DNA of 64,000 nt from Candidatus Woesearchaeota archaeon (GTDB taxonomy: Archaea > Nanobdellota > Nanobdellia > Woesearchaeales > 21-14-0-10-32-9). Positions 56,430 to 64,000 of the stretch are shown here, in pieces. The stretch's first letter is position 1. Every line of letters starts with the position of its first letter. The DNA lies in the NCBI GenBank assembly GCA_046543095.1, contig JBKHAC010000003.1, forward strand, positions 4,163 through 68,162. The letters are read 5' to 3'. Position numbers and translations under genes: made by a program. Below the pieces are notes generated by a model, which saw only the letters and a program-made list of their open reading frames with translations, made no database searches and was not told the origin of the DNA.

Positions 56430-58259
56430 ATGGTTAAAAAAAGGGTTTCTTCTAAAAAAAATAAAGTTTCTACTAAAAGTTCAAGCAAAAATAAACTTGG
56501 GTCTGATGAGTGGACGGGTGAGGTTAATCATAAAGTTGATTCTCATAAAAATTTAAAAAGTGGCGTTGTTGATTCTGCACTTGATGATGGTTCTGAAAGT
56601 AAGGGTGCATCTGTATCGAGTAGTGGAGTTGGGACTAATAAATCTGATGGTGTTAAGTCTGCTATTGTAGATTCTTCTAATTCAGGTGAAAATAATGTAT
56701 CTTCTAATGAAGGTGTCTCTCAAGGTGATTTAACTAAAGTGGATGCGGGGGGTATGTCAAAACCTGCTGATTCTGATTCTATGAAAGTTATTGATTATTA
56801 TGATTATTTGGCTGATGGTATTACTATTAATATTGTGATTAAAAAGGTGCGTGGTGAATTTGTGCCTATTTATGATCTTGAAATATCTGCGATAAGTCCT
56901 ACGACTGAAGTGATTTTAGAGGGTGTTCGTCAAGAGCTTATTCGTCGTGTGAATCTTGGTATTGCTGAGATTAATGATTATAAGAATGCGAATTTGGTTG
57001 AAGAAAAATTTGATCATATGATTCGTATTTTGATTCGTAAGTATTTTCCTGAAAGTGATGATGCTACTGAGAATTTTTTGTCAACGTATTTGAAAATGAA
57101 AAGTTTGGGTCTTGGCGCGCTTGAATTATTGATGGCTGATGAGCTTTTGGAGGAGATTGTAATTAATCAGGGCACGGAGCCGATTTGGGTTTATCATAAG
57201 CGTCATGGTTGGCTTAAGACTTCGGTTGTTTTAAAAGATGAGGAGCAAGTTAAGCATTATGCTAGTATTATTGGTCGTAAGGTTGGTCGTCAAATCACGG
57301 TTTTAAATCCTTTACTTGATGCTCATTTAAATGAGGGTGACAGGGTTAATGCGACGCTCTATCCTGTAAGTACTGCGGGTAATACTATTACTATTCGTAA
57401 ATTTAGTAAAGATCCGTGGACTATTACTAAGTTCTTGAAAACTGAGACTATTTCATATAAGGCTGCGGCGATTATTTGGACTGCTATTCAATATGAGATG
57501 TCTGCGATTATTGCGGGGGGTACTGCGTCTGGTAAGACTTCTGCGCTTAATGTTTTTGCGGGGTTTTTTCCGCCTAATCAGAGGATTATTACAATTGAGG
57601 ATACTCGTGAAATTCAGCTTCCGAAGTTTTTGCATTGGGTTCCTTTGAATACGATTTTGGCGAATCCTGAGGGTAAGGGCGAGATTACTATGCAGGATTT
57701 GCTTGTGAATTCTCTTCGTATGCGTCCTGATAGGATTCTTGTTGGGGAGGTTCGTCGTAGTAAGGAGACTGATACTTTGTTTGAGGCGATTCACACGGGG
57801 CACTCTGCGTATGCGACTTTTCACGCGAATAATGCGAAGGAGACTATTGAGCGTTTGACTAATTCTCCTTTGAATGTTCCTAAAATTATGTTGCCTGCTA
57901 TCTCGCTTATTATTGTTCAGTTTCGTAATCGTAGGTCTGGTAAGCGTCGTACTTTTCAAATCTCTGAAATTACGTCTTCAGGTGATGCGAATGTTATTTT
58001 GCAGTATGATGCTAAAAAGGATGTTTTAGTTGAGGCGAATAAATCTTCTGCTTTCTTTGAAAACATTAAATTATTTACGGGGCTCGATGAGCGTGAGATT
58101 AATGCTGATTTGGATGAGAAAGTTAAGATTTTGAAGTACTTGGTCAATCATAACATTAACACTATTGATGGTGTTGGTCGTATTATGGCTGAGTATTATA
58201 CTGATAGGGATAATTTGATGAAGTTTGTAAATAAAAATGAAGTGTTTAAGGATGATTAG
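56430..58259 (+). CDS. type IV filament assembly ATPase (FlaI/PilB/VirB11 T2SSE family)
   Basis: Walker A AGGTASGKTS, Asp box ITIEDTREI, Walker B RILVGEVR, His box GHSAYATFHAN. Roughly 120-aa S/G/D/K-rich N-terminus. Confidence 0.85.
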   Translation: MVKKRVSSKKNKVSTKSSSKNKLGSDEWTGEVNHKVDSHKNLKSGVVDSALDDGSESKGASVSSSGVGTNKSDGVKSAIVDSSNSGENNVSSNEGVSQGDLTKVDAGGMSKPADSDSMKVIDYYDYLADGITINIVIKKVRGEFVPIYDLEISAISPTTEVILEGVRQELIRRVNLGIAEINDYKNANLVEEKFDHMIRILIRKYFPESDDATENFLSTYLKMKSLGLGALELLMADELLEEIVINQGTEPIWVYHKRHGWLKTSVVLKDEEQVKHYASIIGRKVGRQITVLNPLLDAHLNEGDRVNATLYPVSTAGNTITIRKFSKDPWTITKFLKTETISYKAAAIIWTAIQYEMSAIIAGGTASGKTSALNVFAGFFPPNQRIITIEDTREIQLPKFLHWVPLNTILANPEGKGEITMQDLLVNSLRMRPDRILVGEVRRSKETDTLFEAIHTGHSAYATFHANNAKETIERLTNSPLNVPKIMLPAISLIIVQFRNRRSGKRRTFQISEITSSGDANVILQYDAKKDVLVEANKSSAFFENIKLFTGLDEREINADLDEKVKILKYLVNHNINTIDGVGRIMAEYYTDRDNLMKFVNKNEVFKDD

Positions 58260-58265
58260 TTTTTT

Positions 58266-59090
58266 TTGGGTGGGGGTTTGATTTTTGTGGATGTGAATAA
58301 ATTATATGCTTGGCTTGCAAGGAAGAGTCCTGGTTTGAAGACTAAGTTGCAGCAGGCTGGTATTTATGATTCTCCTGAGGGGTATGTTAAAAAAACTGTG
58401 TTTAATTCTGTTTTGTTGGCTTTGGGTATTTGTTTTATTTTATTTATGTTTTTAATGTTGCCTATTGTTTTTTTATTTGTGCCAGTCATTGTTCCTTTGC
58501 TTTATTTTTATTTTATGGGTTATGTTGATGTTAAAATTGAGCAGATTAAAAAAGATATTGATAGGGAAATTATTTATGCGGGTCGTTTTCTTATAATTGA
58601 AATTGAGTCTGGTGTTCCGCTTTATGATGCTATTTATAATATTGAAAAGAATTATAGGATTATTGGTGCGTATTTTGGTGATATTGTAAATAAGGTTTAT
58701 TTGGGTACGTCACTTGAGGATGCTATTAATGAGACTATGCTTATTACGCCGTCTAATAATTTGCGTAAGATTTTGTGGCAAATGTTAAATTCTATTAAGA
58801 CTGGGGGTGATGTTGCGACTAGTTTGAATTCGGTTATTGATCAAATTATGAAAGAGCAAAAAATTAGTGTTCAAGATTATGGTAAAAAATTAAATCCTCT
58901 TGCGATGTTTTATATGATGGTTGCGATCATTGTGCCTTCTTTGGGTGTTACTATGCTTGTTGTTTTGGCGACGTTTTTAGGTCTTCAGATTGGTTTGCCT
59001 ATTTTGCTTGTTATTGCTTGTTTGCTGGGGTTTGTTCAGTTCATGTTTTTGAGTATTATAAAATCTGCGAGGCCGAGTATTAGTTCATAA
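58266..59090 (+). CDS. T2SSF-domain platform protein 1 (TadB/PilC-like)
   Basis: TM helices flank a cytoplasmic helical domain (AGRFLIIEIESGVPLYDAI..LWQMLNSIKTGGDV). Start codon uncertain. Confidence 0.7.
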   Translation: MGGGLIFVDVNKLYAWLARKSPGLKTKLQQAGIYDSPEGYVKKTVFNSVLLALGICFILFMFLMLPIVFLFVPVIVPLLYFYFMGYVDVKIEQIKKDIDREIIYAGRFLIIEIESGVPLYDAIYNIEKNYRIIGAYFGDIVNKVYLGTSLEDAINETMLITPSNNLRKILWQMLNSIKTGGDVATSLNSVIDQIMKEQKISVQDYGKKLNPLAMFYMMVAIIVPSLGVTMLVVLATFLGLQIGLPILLVIACLLGFVQFMFLSIIKSARPSISS

Positions 59091-59092
59091 AA

Positions 59093-60163
59093 ATGCAAAA
59101 GAAAAAAAATAATCTGGATGGTGAAAAAAAATCTAAGAAGATTAAAAGTAAATTTGATAAGACTAAAAGAGCGCAGAGGCGGTCTATTCAAAAGATTTTA
59201 TCTGAGTTCTTAGTTAAGGCGGGTAGTGATGAGTCTCCTAAAGATTTGCATAAAAAAGTTGTTATGATTTCGCTTGTGCTTTGCGGGGTGTTGTCTTTAG
59301 TTATTGTTGTTATGGGTGTTTTTGCTAGTACTAGTTTTATTCAGATTTTTTCTATTTTGTTTCTTATTTGGACTTTGTTTCTTGTTGCTTTTTATTTGGT
59401 TTCTTTACTTTTTGTATTTTTTTATTTTGATTATCGTATTTATCAAAGAACTAAGGAAATAGAGGAGGTACTTCCTGAGTTCTTGCAACTCACGTCTGCA
59501 AATATTAGTGCGGGTATGACTATTGATAGGGCGCTGTGGTTTGCTGTTCGTCCGAAATTTGGTGTTCTTGCAAAAGAGATTGAAGAAGTTGCAAAATCTA
59601 ACATTGCGGGTGATGATCTTGAAAAGGCTTTGCTTGACTTTGCAAACAAATATAGGTCTGATACTCTTCGTGAGGCGATTAATTTATTAATTGAAGGTAT
59701 GCGTGCGGGTGGTGAGATTGGTTATTTGCTCAATCAAATATCTGCGAATATGCAAGATATTAAGCTTATGAAGCGCGAGATTAGTTCGAGTGTTACGACG
59801 TATGTTATTTTTATTACGGCGGCCGCGATTATTGGTGCGCCTTTGCTTCTTGCGCTTAGTGGTCAGCTTCTTGTTGTAATTTCTTCTTTAACTGCGGGTC
59901 TTGAGATGTCTGCGGGTGATGGTGCGAGTAGTATGTTCTCTATGGATTTATCTGGTGAGAGTATTTCTCTTAGTGATTTTAGGGTCTTTGCGTTTGTCAT
60001 GCTTTTTTTCTCATCTACCTTCTCTGCGTTAATCATTGGTGTTATTCGTAAGGGTTCGCCTAAAGAGGGGTTGAAATTTATTCCGGCATACATTGCTATC
60101 TCGTATGTGTTATACTTCCTAGCTGATTGGGGTTTTAGCTCATTGCTTGGTGGTATTTTCTAG
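59093..60163 (+). CDS. T2SSF-domain platform protein 2 (TadC/PilC-like)
   Basis: LPEFLQLTSANISAGMTIDRAL..LIEGMRAGGEIG, plus N- and C-terminal TM helices. Confidence 0.7.
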   Translation: MQKKKNNLDGEKKSKKIKSKFDKTKRAQRRSIQKILSEFLVKAGSDESPKDLHKKVVMISLVLCGVLSLVIVVMGVFASTSFIQIFSILFLIWTLFLVAFYLVSLLFVFFYFDYRIYQRTKEIEEVLPEFLQLTSANISAGMTIDRALWFAVRPKFGVLAKEIEEVAKSNIAGDDLEKALLDFANKYRSDTLREAINLLIEGMRAGGEIGYLLNQISANMQDIKLMKREISSSVTTYVIFITAAAIIGAPLLLALSGQLLVVISSLTAGLEMSAGDGASSMFSMDLSGESISLSDFRVFAFVMLFFSSTFSALIIGVIRKGSPKEGLKFIPAYIAISYVLYFLADWGFSSLLGGIF

Positions 60164-60175
60164 TTTTTTCATGTT

Positions 60176-61543
60176 TTATAGTATTCTTTTAATATATTTG
60201 AGTATGTTATTGTTGTATGGGGGATATCTTAGCTTTATATCTGGCCATATCTTTGTGTGTAGTATGCTTTTCTCGTAGGTGAATGCGTCAAAGCTTTTGT
60301 CTTTATGGTATCTGCCCATTCCGCTTTTACCTATTCCGCCAAATGGTAAATTGGGGTTTGCAATATGCATCATTGTGTTGTTTATGCATCCGCCTCCGAA
60401 TTTTTCGTTTAGTATTTCTTGTTTTATTTTTTTATTATTTGTAAATAAGTATAGTGCGAGTGGTTCTGGGTTTTTGCGTATTATGTTTTTTGCATCATTT
60501 ATTGTTTTATAGGTTAGTATGGGTAGTATTGGTCCGAATATTTCTTCTTGCATAATCTTCGCGTTTTCTTTTGGTTTGATTAGGGTTGGTTCAATTTTTA
60601 ATTCATCATCAAACGCTTTTCCGCCTACTATTATCTCGTCTTTATCTAAATAAGCTTTGAGTCGCAAGTATGCGGGGTCATCAATTATTTTCGCGATGTC
60701 TTCCTCGCCTTTGGGGTGGAATTCTTTTATTGTTTTTTTTAGTTCTTCAATTAATTTTTTCTCTATTATTTCATCTACGAGTAAGTAGTCTGGTGCGATG
60801 CATGTTTGTCCTGCGTTAAAATACTTTGATGAGATTATTCTTCGCGCAGCTATTTTTAGGTTTGCATCTTGCGCGATTATGCATGGGCTCTTTCCGCCTA
60901 GTTCAAGTGTTGTTGGTGTGAGTGTTTTTGCTGCGGCTTTTGCAATCAGTGTTCCTATTTTTGTGCTTCCTGTAAAAAATATTTTATCGAACTTTATTTC
61001 ATCAATCACATCAGGTATTATTCGATCGCCTCGCGTCTCAAGCATAATTACTTCGTCTTCTCTAAATGTTTCATTAATTATTTTAGTGATTATCCTCGTC
61101 GTGTTCGCACTCTTATTTGATGCTTTAACTGCTACGCGGTTTCCTGTTGCATACGCCGCGATTAGTGGTGTGAGTGTTAATTGGAAAGGGTAGTTCCATG
61201 GTGCAAGTACAAGTACAAGTCCGTAGGGTTCTTTTTTTATTATGCTTCGCGATCTAAATAATGTAAGGGGTGTTCTAACTTTTTTATTTGCAAGATACTC
61301 AGTGATATTATTGATTGTGTAATTGAGTTCTTTGAGTGTGAATAAATAATCGCTTGTGTATGCTTCAAATAATGGTTTATCGAGATCATTTTTTAATGCA
61401 GTCATAATTTCTTTTTCATGTCGTGTTATTTTTGATTTAAGTTTTTTAAGTGTTTTAACTCGAGTTTGTATTGGTATTATTTCATTTGTTAGTGTTTTTT
61501 CTTTTAGAACTTTTAATTTATCAATTTCATTCATATAACTCAC
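60176..61543 (-). CDS. aldehyde dehydrogenase (ALDH3-like)
   Basis: ELGGKSP, catalytic Cys in NAGQTCIAPDY, EEIFGPILP. Confidence 0.9.
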   Translation of the reverse strand: MSYMNEIDKLKVLKEKTLTNEIIPIQTRVKTLKKLKSKITRHEKEIMTALKNDLDKPLFEAYTSDYLFTLKELNYTINNITEYLANKKVRTPLTLFRSRSIIKKEPYGLVLVLAPWNYPFQLTLTPLIAAYATGNRVAVKASNKSANTTRIITKIINETFREDEVIMLETRGDRIIPDVIDEIKFDKIFFTGSTKIGTLIAKAAAKTLTPTTLELGGKSPCIIAQDANLKIAARRIISSKYFNAGQTCIAPDYLLVDEIIEKKLIEELKKTIKEFHPKGEEDIAKIIDDPAYLRLKAYLDKDEIIVGGKAFDDELKIEPTLIKPKENAKIMQEEIFGPILPILTYKTINDAKNIIRKNPEPLALYLFTNNKKIKQEILNEKFGGGCINNTMMHIANPNLPFGGIGKSGMGRYHKDKSFDAFTYEKSILHTKIWPDIKLRYPPYNNNILKYIKRIL

Positions 61544-61649
61544 CTATCTCAATTTAGGGGTAATTAGTATTTTTATTTAAAAATCATGTTTTTGTATTAT
61601 TTTAGTTTCTTGTTTGTTTCTTGTTCAAGTATTTTTTCTTTCATGTATA

Positions 61650-61657
61650 TTTATATA
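61650..61657 (+). promoter_or_regulatory. TATA box TTTATATA
   Basis: Ends 22 nt before the ATG at 61680. No SD. Confidence 0.5.
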
Positions 61658-61679
61658 TTGTCTCTTATTTGCATAGTTT

Positions 61680-62255
61680 ATGTTAGTTAAAACTATTTCA
61701 AAGGAGGCGACTTGTCGATTTATTGAAAAAAAATCATCTTTCACCGCGTACTTATTCAAGGTATCTTCTGAGGCGGAGTGCAAAGAAAAGCTTTTGTTTT
61801 TGCAAAACAAGCATAAAGATGCAAATCATATTCCTTTCGCATACAGGTTGCACGTTGCAGGTTCTTTAATTGAGCGTTTTAGTGATGGTGGTGAGCCTTC
61901 TAAAACTGCGGGTTTTCCTTTGCTTAAAATATTGAGGCAAGAAGATCTTTTAGGTGTTGCTGTATTTGTTGTGCGTATCTTTGGCGGTATAAAACTTGGT
62001 CCTGCGGGTTTGATGCGTGCATTCTCTCAGAGCTTGAGGCTTGCTTTAAATGATGCAGGTATTTTAGAAGAAGAATTATCTTCATCTCACAACGTAGAGG
62101 TTAGTGTAGATAAAATTGCTGTTGTTGAGTCTTTGTTCAAATCAAATAAAATTGAGTATTCTATTGCGCCTAGCGGTGAATCTTTACTTATTTCATTTAA
62201 GATTCCGTATTCGAAGAATTTTTTGCTTGATGATTTATTGCGTTTAGCTAAGTGA
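61680..62255 (+). CDS. IMPACT/YigZ (UPF0029) family protein
   Basis: KKSSFTAYLFKV, HIPFAYRL, SDGGEPSKTAGFPLL, VVRIFGGIKLGPAGLMRAF. Confidence 0.8.
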   Translation: MLVKTISKEATCRFIEKKSSFTAYLFKVSSEAECKEKLLFLQNKHKDANHIPFAYRLHVAGSLIERFSDGGEPSKTAGFPLLKILRQEDLLGVAVFVVRIFGGIKLGPAGLMRAFSQSLRLALNDAGILEEELSSSHNVEVSVDKIAVVESLFKSNKIEYSIAPSGESLLISFKIPYSKNFLLDDLLRLAK

Positions 62256-62368
62256 TTTGTTAAAATAATGTGTTGTAGTGGTGAATGGGTTTTTGTTTTT
62301 TTCCTTACGTTTTATTAGTTATCCTTTTTTTCTTATTTTTTTAGGTTATATAAAGTATATTCGCGGGT

Positions 62369-62533
62369 GGCATTATAGAAATATTATTAAGATTTTAATA
62401 ATGATGCTATCTTGCGCAGTCATAGATCAAACATCTGTGGTGTGTAGGGCTCGGTTCAAATGTCTAAATAATATGAAAACGGAGCATAGCATCATTAAGA
62501 TTTTATTGATTTAAAAAGAATTTCTATGAGGCC
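62369..62533 (+). mobile_element. MITE-like family 2, copy 2B (165 bp)
   Basis: 149 of 165 positions identical to 2A, with no indels. Flanked by tcgcgggt (62361-68) and tcgtgggt (62534-41), a 7/8 target-site duplication. Confidence 0.75.
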
Positions 62534-62836
62534 TCGTGGGTAGTCGCATGTTTTAAAACAGCTTTTTAAAGCCTAGTCAAACTTTGTTTGACGCTGTATA
62601 TAACACGTAAAAATCAAACAACAATATGAAATTTTTTGAAATGTAATTTTAAAGTTCGAAAATGTATGATTTTCGCTTGTAATTAAACTTTGTTTGATTT
62701 TTCTTGTATGTTGCTCTTCGAAACATATTTATACTAATTATTCTTTCAATGAATTATTAATTGTGAAGTGTTATTTTTTTAATTATTTTTATGTAAATTT
62801 TTATGTGAATATTTTGTTTTTAAAAAAGAGGGGTTG

Positions 62837-63850
62837 ATGAACTTGAAAATTGTATTTTTTGACTTAGAAGAATGGGAGATTGATTATTTAAAGAAGAGAA
62901 TTATTGGTCATGATGTTCGGTATTATCGCGAGGGAATAAAGCAGGTACCTATTGGTGATTTTAAAGATGCTGATATTATTGGTGTTTTTGTTTTTTCTCC
63001 TGTTTTAAAAGACGTTCTTGATTTTTTACCTAATTTGAAATATATTATGACTATGAGTACTGGTTTTGATCATATTGATTTAGAGGAGTGTGCGAGGCGT
63101 AATATTCAGGTTTGTAACGTTCCATCTTATGGGGAGAATACTGTTGCTGAGCACGCGTTTGGTTTAATTTTGAATCTTTCAAGAAATATTCATAAAGCCT
63201 ATACTAGGACTTTGCGTGATGAGTTCTCGTTTGAGGGTTTGATTGGTTTTGATTTGAAAGGTAAAACTTTGGGTGTTCTTGGAACGGGGAAGATTGGTCG
63301 TAATTTGATTCGTATGGCGAAGGGGTTTGATATGAATGTTGTGGCGTATGATCCCTTTCCTAATTATGATTTGTGTTCGTCTCTTGGTTTTTCGTATGTC
63401 TCTTTTGATGATTTGCTTAAGTCCTCTGATGTTATTTCGATTCATGTTCCGTTAAATAGGCATACTTTTCATTTAATTAATGATGAGACTATTTCAAAGA
63501 TGAAACGTGGTGTGTTAATTATTAATACTGCGAGGGGCGCGATTATTGATACGCATGCGTTAATCAAAGGTCTTGAGTCTGGTCAGGTTGGTGGTGCGGG
63601 TCTTGATGTTCTTGAAGGGGAGTTGTTGATTAAAGATGAGAAAGAAATGGTTCACTCTCTTAGTGCTCTTCCTCGTGAGCAGATGCGTCTTTTGCTTGAA
63701 AATCATGCTTTGATGAAGATGTCGAATGTTATTGTCACGCCTCATTTGGCGTTTTATAGTAAAGAGGGGCTTATTAGGATTTTGAATACTACGCTTGATA
63801 ATCTATTTGATTATCTTGAGCATCGTGGTTTGAATAATCTTGTTAAATAA
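62837..63850 (+). CDS. D-isomer-specific 2-hydroxyacid dehydrogenase (D-lactate dehydrogenase-like)
   Basis: NAD motif GVLGTGKIGRNL, INTARGAIID, GLDVLEGE, TPHLAF. Confidence 0.85.
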   Translation: MNLKIVFFDLEEWEIDYLKKRIIGHDVRYYREGIKQVPIGDFKDADIIGVFVFSPVLKDVLDFLPNLKYIMTMSTGFDHIDLEECARRNIQVCNVPSYGENTVAEHAFGLILNLSRNIHKAYTRTLRDEFSFEGLIGFDLKGKTLGVLGTGKIGRNLIRMAKGFDMNVVAYDPFPNYDLCSSLGFSYVSFDDLLKSSDVISIHVPLNRHTFHLINDETISKMKRGVLIINTARGAIIDTHALIKGLESGQVGGAGLDVLEGELLIKDEKEMVHSLSALPREQMRLLLENHALMKMSNVIVTPHLAFYSKEGLIRILNTTLDNLFDYLEHRGLNNLVK

Positions 63851-63902
63851 TTTTTTCTTTTTCTTTTTTTTTCGTAATTTTTTCAGTTTATCTTAAGAAG
63901 TA

Positions 63903-63910
63903 TTTATATT
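63903..63910 (+). promoter_or_regulatory. TATA box TTTATATT
   Basis: Ends 22 nt before the ATG at 63933. Confidence 0.45.
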
Positions 63911-63932
63911 GTAGTTAATGTTGTGTATTTTT

Positions 63933-64000
63933 ATGAGTAAAATTAAAAATGAATTGTTTGGTGTGTTGAGGCGGAATTCTCGCATGAATATTTCTGAATT
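63933..64000 (+). CDS. 5' end of an ORF running off the window (possibly an Lrp/AsnC-like HTH regulator)
   Basis: MSKIKNELFGVLRRNSRMNISE.. resembles the start of Lrp/AsnC proteins. Only 22 codons are visible. Confidence 0.3.
   Translation, partial: MSKIKNELFGVLRRNSRMNISE

Noticed and set aside
1-64000. Search for CRISPR arrays, rRNA genes, reverse transcriptase/DGR template-variable repeat pairs, integrases, transposases and alternative genetic code signals.
   Set aside because: None was found by reading both strands. ORFs terminate with all three standard stops and conserved proteins are full length, so the standard code applies. The repeat families present have no spacer-repeat organisation and no adenine-specific mismatch pattern.

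Overview
AT-rich (roughly 30% GC by eye) archaeal chromosome segment. It is most likely from a small-genome, DPANN-like archaeon. This is an inference from a tRNA with a bulge-helix-bulge intron next to EndA, class III signal-peptide pilins, TTTATATA boxes ending about 22-25 nt before start codons, a PIN-ATPase-KH (PINA-type) protein and sparse metabolism. I support about 60 protein genes and 2 tRNAs; there is no rRNA, no CRISPR array, and no transposase, integrase or reverse transcriptase. Housekeeping content includes sufS-sufU-sufC, an endonuclease IV-like gene, Fe/Mn SOD, leucyl aminopeptidase, purA, trxB, aspS, ppa, SAH hydrolase plus a PfkB kinase, alpha-glucan phosphorylase, ALDH and a 2-hydroxyacid dehydrogenase. 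The accessory content is the interesting part. (1) An 11-kb archaeal type IV pilus locus (49.2-60.2 kb) has six prepilin-like proteins, including a 901-aa VWA adhesin-like pilin, a FlaI/PilB-family ATPase and two single-domain platform genes. (2) A 165-bp MITE-like element has terminal inverted repeats and 8-bp target-site duplications (2 clean copies plus 1 diverged). (3) A second family of about 105-135-bp long-hairpin elements has 5 copies. Two of them are near-identical and in inverted orientation, bracketing a 5-kb segment that contains aspS. (4) An MNT/HEPN cassette lies between the tRNA-Ser 3' end and a 10-nt direct repeat of that end. (5) Codon usage is mirrored by strand across the whole window: + strand genes use T/G-ending codons and - strand genes use A/C-ending codons, with a few outliers. 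All functional calls rest on motif recognition by eye; no searches were run.
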